Shown one piece after another: positions 56,201 through 64,000 of a stretch of 64,000 nucleotides of DNA. The stretch is from NCBI GenBank assembly GCA_043228905.1, contig JBHGNT010000013.1:19716001-19780000 (forward strand), in the 5' to 3' direction. The first letter of the stretch is position 1. Each line of letters opens with the position of its first letter. Source of the DNA: Azolla caroliniana. Its lineage: Eukaryota; Plantae; Polypodiophyta. The notes beneath the pieces are model-generated. The model did not search any database and was not told where the DNA came from. It worked only from the letters and a program-made list of their open reading frames with translations. Position numbers and translations under genes: made by a program.

Positions 56201-56890
56201 TTTATAATACACATGGTTACTCTTCAAGTAAAAGCTTGATTTACTTTTTAAAAGGAAAATATTATCATTTCAAGAGGTTTGGGTTTCCAAAAACATGTGA
56301 CTGCCAAATTTGTAAAGCTATATTTTACGAGGCTGCAGTCTTAAAACGAAATTAAATCATGACAAAACATACATAGGTACTTCATTATTTCCTTAAAAAT
56401 ACAAGGATAGTATGATAATGTTCCCAATGTATAATGGATAATCAAGCTCTGATATTCCTATGTATAATCAAGGCTGTATGTGATTGCAATCATGACGACA
56501 GTTTAATACTTATTTCCTCCACTAAGCAAATCATCGTAGTTCTTATAATTACAAGAATGCACTATGCCAAGTAAATAATTGTCAACTTGAAGAAAAAGCA
56601 TGAACTGTTCCTAGAGTTCTGAAGAATGCATTTTTATGTTTGCAGGATAGTGCATAAAAATATAAATATTTTCAAAATTCCCTTTTTCAGACATATCTAC
56701 ATCTACATTTCATGAGAGAAATAGGCATTGTCTTAAAGACCACATGGCATGTACTTGCCAATAGGATCAAACAATTACAACATCATTTACTGCATTATGC
56801 ATATAATTAAGGTAACTACCAACAAAGCATCTCCTCAACCACACCGATAAAACCAAGTCCATACATATATATATATAAAGGTCTCGATCA

Positions 56891-59697
56891 TCAACAAACG
56901 CCATTCGTTTTATGCAAAGCATTCTTCTTCCATACGCTGAAAGCCTTTTGCGAGTTCAGGACTTTGTCGAATACGGATGAGATTCGTAAGACATGAGGCT
57001 CTATCTTAGAACCCTCCGAGTCGGCCGGATGTGCTTTGTCTCCCAACAGCGCGGCCGCCACTTTCTTCATCGATCTCGAGGGTTTAGCATCCAAGTAGTG
57101 AACGACTCGGCTTATGTCATTCACGAGACGTTGTGCTAGTGCACAACTGAAGTCCTCTCTAACCACCACTCTTAGAAGGGACACATGTTGAGCATCTGGT
57201 GCCATCGTATAGGCAGGCACGATCCAACCATACCTACATTGACTCACATCCACCCATTTACATAGTAAGATGATCATCTTCCCTCACACTTCCCTCACAC
57301 GCAGACTGCTTTGATTCCAAATCATATCTTTAGGTCAATGCAAGAGTCTATTTATCGAATTCCCTTCTGTAAATTTCCTAATTTTATGAGATGTCAGGCT
57401 AGACTGTTTAACGAAATTTAGTATTGTTCTAATTTCATCAGCATATTAAATCTTCGTGTGACATAGATCTTCCAGATTCAATTTGAAATCGTGAAACTAT
57501 TCATCATCATATAACATACCTGCGAAGGTGATCCGAGATCTCATAATCATCATGATTTCCTTTGTCCTTTAGTGAAAATGCTACCAATGGAACTCCAACA
57601 TCCTTTGACAGAATATTGAACCTCCCAGTCTTCACAATCTCATCCGTTAGCATCTTTGCAGTGGCGCGACAATTGTCCATTATGCTCTTGTAGCCCTAAA
57701 CGCATCAAGAGATATAAACTCTTGAATCCATCAAGAACTAAATATTGCTGGGAGTTATGGATAATCAAGATCACAATCAAACAAAAACACTCTTAACTTG
57801 AATCGAAATATTTAACAAGAGCTTATAAAAATCCTATGCTAGTTACCGCAAACCCCAGCCGGATTAATTGATAGTATTGTGCAATGATTTGGCTAGATCC
57901 TGAGGGGAATTAAACAAATTAGTTGCATAAGTTCCCAAACAAATTTATCCTTTCAGTTAGCCTGCATTGATTTTCATAGGCTTGGTAGTCACCTTTGGAG
58001 AAATTGAGAGTGAAAGTTGGTTGGTCGGCCCCAAGGTAATTGACATGGAAGACGAGCTCTTCTGGAAGGTCCAGTTTGCTCCTCCAGACAACCCACCCAA
58101 TTCCAGCGTACACGAGGCCATACTTGTGGCCACTAACATTGATGCTCCTCACGAGTGGCAACCTAAAATCCCATTCTATATCTGGATAAATGAAGGGTGC
58201 AACAAAACCACCGCTCGCCGCATCCACATGGATTGGAGTGTCCCATCTAACAGTGTATGTAACATAAATTACATTGCCAAGTATTCAGTTATTTTTGTTT
58301 TCATTCATAAAAATACAACTAGGAAGTTCGTTAAAATAATGATTGAAGTACTTAAGCTATTTAACATTGTAAATACCCAGTTTCCTTATTCTTCTTCTCA
58401 AGTAGGTCATCGAGACGCTTCACGTCCTCAAATTCACCATTATATGTGGACCCAAGAATGGCACATACACAGATTGTGTTCTCGTCAACAAGCTCCACCG
58501 CCTTCTCAGGATCCATCACATAATACCCATCTTTCAACTTCACATCCTTGAGTTCAACCTCAAAATATCGTGCAAATTTCTCCCAACAAACCTTTAGACC
58601 AATCAATATCGTTACTTTTAACATCGAATAGAGAAAAAAATTTTAAGTATTTTATTCATTCGACAACTGTTTAAAGCTTTACCTGGACATTTGCACCGGT
58701 CACAATGTTGGGTTTATCATAGGGTTTCCCCTCAGCTTTCCGCCTATTCTGCCATTTCCTCTTGAAAGCTAACCCAGCAAGCATGATTGCCTCCGAAGAC
58801 CCCACCGTGCTTGCCCCAATGGCTTGCTCTCCATCACAAAGGGGTGCATTGAAGAGCCTTGCTATCATGTTTACACATCTATCCTGTGACCCCCGAAACA
58901 AATATAGCATATATACGCTTTTTTTAGTACATTTATAGTACATCATTTTTCCCTATTAAAATTTTCAGTTATATCCTAACCTACGTGCATATACATATAC
59001 ATGCATGCATGCAAGCATACATACATATATCAAATTCACGTAATCATGTATTCCATAGTCATTCAATATACTAGAAAAATGTTACTAGATGATAGGTATA
59101 CCTGAAGTTCAGTGGTGACTGGGTATTCGTCCATGTCAATGTAGTTCTTGTTAAGGGCCCCAAGGATGAGGCGGTCACACTCGGGCTCCATCCAGGTGGT
59201 GACAAAGGATGCAAGGTTGAGGCGGGGGTTGCCGTCCAGCATCAGCTCATCGCTGATAATCTGGTGGGCTGCCTCCTTTGAGATCTCGTGCTGCGGCATC
59301 TTAAACCTAACCAAGAGATAATTAAATGAATTACTAATTAATTGTGAATCATTAAATGAAGATTAATAACAAAAAATATATGGCAATAACTATAGATCAA
59401 TTAAACCAATATTTATGAAGAAATGAAAATAAAACCCAATTCTATCTCTCTCGCTCACTCGCTTTAACACGTTTTGTACAATACTAGAACTCTTTTTTTA
59501 TCTAAGTTTTTACTTTATTTTATTTTATTTTTATTTTCGATGATTGGGTACACACCCCATTTTGTTGTAAACCAATTGTGTCATGGGCCAATTTTGGTCT
59601 TAGAAGAAGTTAATATATATCTTTCTTTCTTTCTTCTTTCTAAATTAAATAAAATTTAAAAAAAAAAGGTAATAACCTCTCTATGTACATATCTCTA

Positions 59698-59737
<40 letters not shown>

Positions 59738-59949
59738 GTCTGCCTCGAAGAACAAAGTAACAACCACATGCATATGTACATAGCATAGATACAAACAAAC
59801 AACCAAAATATGGTCGGTTTATGTTGTGTGCATACATATATATACCTTGGCAGAGGGTTCTGCATGTAGCGAGACGCGAAGGTGGAGTGGAGGAGGGTGG
59901 TGTCATCATCGGCACCAAGCAGTGTCTCTGAAGTGGTGGTCAGAGCCAT
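56891..59949 (-). CDS. GAD: Glutamate decarboxylase with C-terminal calmodulin-binding tail, ~516 aa
   Basis: Exons 59846-59949, 59102-59306, 58683-58883, 58377-58591, 57993-58246, 57847-57899, 57520-57695, 56891-57233. Motifs [23 protein letters not shown] lysine SGHKYG and C-terminal WKK...KTNGVC. Confidence 0.98.
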
Positions 59950-61329
59950 GGCTGATGATATTGGCAGACCCCTTGGAGCTTTACGACTTTCAATTAATTT
60001 GCTCTGAGTTTCACGTTGCCTTCATTCATTCTGCGACACGCACGTTTGTATGTATGTATGTATGTATACATACATTCACATGAAATGCATACATACATAC
60101 ATAATAGTACATATATATAACGTTTCCATATATCTATAAAAGTAGGACCTTCCTTTCACATATTATTATTATAATTTACTACTATCACTATCTCACTACT
60201 ACCTCTCCTGTTACTCTCGTATTACCATTGCTATCAATGTTCCATCCCTCCACTCCGGGACCTCAGAGGGCATTGTAGCTTGTTGTGTCTTCTTTCGTTA
60301 TACATGTGTTTCCATCACCACGAGATCTTGTGCAATACACGAGTCTTCTCAATTCTCTTCTATATTAGCTTTTTGTGTCTTCTATAGAAATACACGTGTT
60401 GTCGTTTTCATGAGCGTGCCCATTAATTATGAATGAGATGAGGATGATGACAATGCATCATTGCACTCTGGAGCCTAGTAACATGACTTGTGAGACGTAA
60501 ACAATAGCAGAAAGGAATTCTTGTAGTCCAAATTAGAGGGGCAAATACATTTCTTCGTGAATTTTTTTACGGTTGATCCACATGCTTTCAAAATAAAGAC
60601 CCTATATATGGGCCGAAGAAGTGACATGGGGTGGTACACACAACCTAAAGAAGTTGTACAAGGTTGGTGCATAGGGTAATCGGAGGTGGGAATGGAAGTG
60701 TATGCTTTACATCATGGTACAAGGTGTTTAGATCAACCTAGGGTTCCAATTAAGACTAACCATCATTCAACAATAGTAATGTACTGGTTTATTATTTATT
60801 TCTTATTTATCAATCGATGGATGGATGGATCCTTAAATATATAGATAGATAGATAGCTAGATGTAATGGCATAGCGAATGCAACATCGTGATGAGAAGTG
60901 GGGACTTCTGTTTCAAGAAAAATGACGTTTACTACAATGGGGAGGAGGTCGATGACGAGTGGTGCACCAATATGAACAATGGGTGGGAAGAGATAGAAAG
61001 AGAAAGTGAGGGCAAAGAGGAGAATCCATGAGGGTTAAATTTGAAAGCAAAACATAAGGGAGAAGCAAGCTCTAGCACTTCACTATGAAAAGCCTTAGGG
61101 CTAGTTATGCGCATCCTTATTAGATATATGGCATATTTACGTAGATGACCATGTCCTTTTATAGCCAAGTTAGAATAGAATGTTTATCATCCATAAAGAG
61201 GCCAGTTTTGACCTATGGTACCAGAGTATACTTGTGTTCTTGATATGTGTCCCCTTCCTAAGAAGGGGTATTCATACATTGAAGCACAAAGTCTCTATGT
61301 GTGAATAAAACATACACATACGAGCTCAA

Positions 61330-62040
61330 CCTTCTAGGTGGTGTCTTAAGTATGACACTTAAGTTATCACTCCCTCTTAGTATGTCAACATATCTTGAAC
61401 GAATTACACTATATGTCGAGCATGTGAAGAGCAAGTGACATTCATCCTATACCATGCCTTCATTGCATACTTTACATGTCTTCAAATTCATTACATTTTG
61501 ATACCATGACATAGCTTCAATACTTAACTTGTGAGATTGAGTGCGAAGTAGTGTAAGGGCTCTACGAGCATTACTACTCATATTGATAATAAGATAAGGT
61601 TGGATACGATCAATAGACATTCTTGCTTTATATTGAGACCAACATTAAGGCTTGACATTTGCAATATAATATTCTAGCTTTGTCCTCTTAGCATCTTCCC
61701 ACTTCATCCTTAATGATTCCACCAACCTTTCCTCAATCATTACATAATGCATAACATCGCCTTTAAAAGATCATCCACACCTCATCTTCTAAACCATTTC
61801 CTTATGTCAACAACCCAACCGGATTAGAGAATCTTACTCTTATGATTCTTTTGTAACTTACATCCAACATTCCAAGCAAGATGTGGTAATTGATGATTTG
61901 GCATATTCTTGACTTTTGTAATGTATTTATATACTCTTTGGAGTACCAATATTTCTATGGGTCGAACACCTGTTTCCAAGAGGGACTAGAGGGAGTCCAC
62001 CTATCAAAGTCAAGTGAGTTGATAGATGGGCTTTCAGGTA
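61330..62040 (-). mobile_element. Degenerate LINE ORF2 C-terminus with CCHC zinc knuckle (a different family)
   Basis: The minus strand reads ARRALTLLRTQSHKLSIE...KTCKVCNEGMV*DECHLLFTC. Confidence 0.6.
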
Positions 62041-62766
62041 TAATTGTGTGACATGTGTAATGCTAACAAATCACATTGCCAAATGAAAGGTACACAATAT
62101 CATAAGAGTTCTTAATGTAAGATACATAGCTAGAACAAACCACACCATGTTTATTCCAATATATGAAAAACATAGATCGCAAAAAGAACTTGTATACATT
62201 TTTTTTGTAATAAAAAGACACCGTGATGGCAACAATATACATGAAATCGCCATTCTAGGTGCTTCCTTACAATAGGCCTATTTTTTGGCCCTTGCTCGCT
62301 AAAACACTAAATGTATTATACATCCACCTATACAAAGGGGAAAAACTCTCTCCCATGTGTCACATCTAATAGAGGACTTCCCCCAGATTTGTTGTATAGT
62401 TAGTTGTTAGTGGACAAAAATTAGAGCCAATAAGCAAAGCCTAATTAATGGGAGACTTGGTCCCTTTGGAGCGGGAGGGGCAGAGTTGATATAACTTCAT
62501 GATGAAACTATCCAATATGATTTCTGCTCCCCCGATGTGTTGCACAATCTATGGAAATTTGTTCACATTTACAGATGCAGTATCAAGAAACCATGCTTTT
62601 CTTTAGTCTTTTCAACAGCAGCTTTTATCTTCACCAAGGACCTGAAGTGAGTGAGAGAATTCCGCCACATAATTGATTGGGTAATAAGTGTATCAGATGA
62701 TACTTGAACGAACTAGTATTTTTAGCTCTGAAAGATGTGTTCTCATCAAATCATAATTACGACTCT

Positions 62767-64000
<1,234 letters not shown>

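Noticed and set aside
57967-58551. 194-aa plus-strand ORF
   Set aside because: It is an antisense shadow of GAD exons with no recognisable motif.
50705-59949. GAD plus Cache kinase as a GABA synthesis-and-sensing pair
   Set aside because: The only support is adjacency, and no amino-acid-binding dCache motif is visible in the sensor domain.
60045-60105. Hairpin or miRNA precursor upstream of GAD
   Set aside because: The pairing comes from (TATG)n and (CATA)n microsatellites, which are low complexity.

Overview
Eukaryotic nuclear DNA from a land plant with spliceosomal GT-AG introns. An intact ciliary gene (CCDC96/CFAP184) points to a lineage with flagellated sperm, most likely a fern (inference). 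Seven protein-coding genes can be assembled by hand: NOG1 GTPase (5' part, -), an RLCK-VI/RBK-type cytoplasmic kinase (+), alpha-tubulin (-), CCDC96 (+), a 14-exon hybrid histidine kinase (-), glutamate decarboxylase (-) and the 3' end of a SPIRRIG-type BEACH-WD40 gene (-). The standout is the histidine kinase of about 1061 aa, with the layout TM-Cache-like sensor-TM-HAMP-S-helix-HisKA-HATPase-REC-REC. It reads like a bacterial sensor kinase and does not fit the angiosperm AHK/CKI1/ETR classes, yet it is fully intron-split and intact. CCDC96 intron 2 (about 9.65 kb) is a resolvable nest of LINEs, two Copia elements and a solo LTR, two of them with readable target-site duplications. It also holds an in-frame LINE-RT/Copia-RT-RNaseH chimeric ORF. 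Other features are a hAT-type MITE, tRNA-derived SINE-like heads, many local tandem duplications (one creating a decoy splice acceptor) and intronic LINEs that are all antisense to their host gene. All exon coordinates were read by eye; no searches were run.
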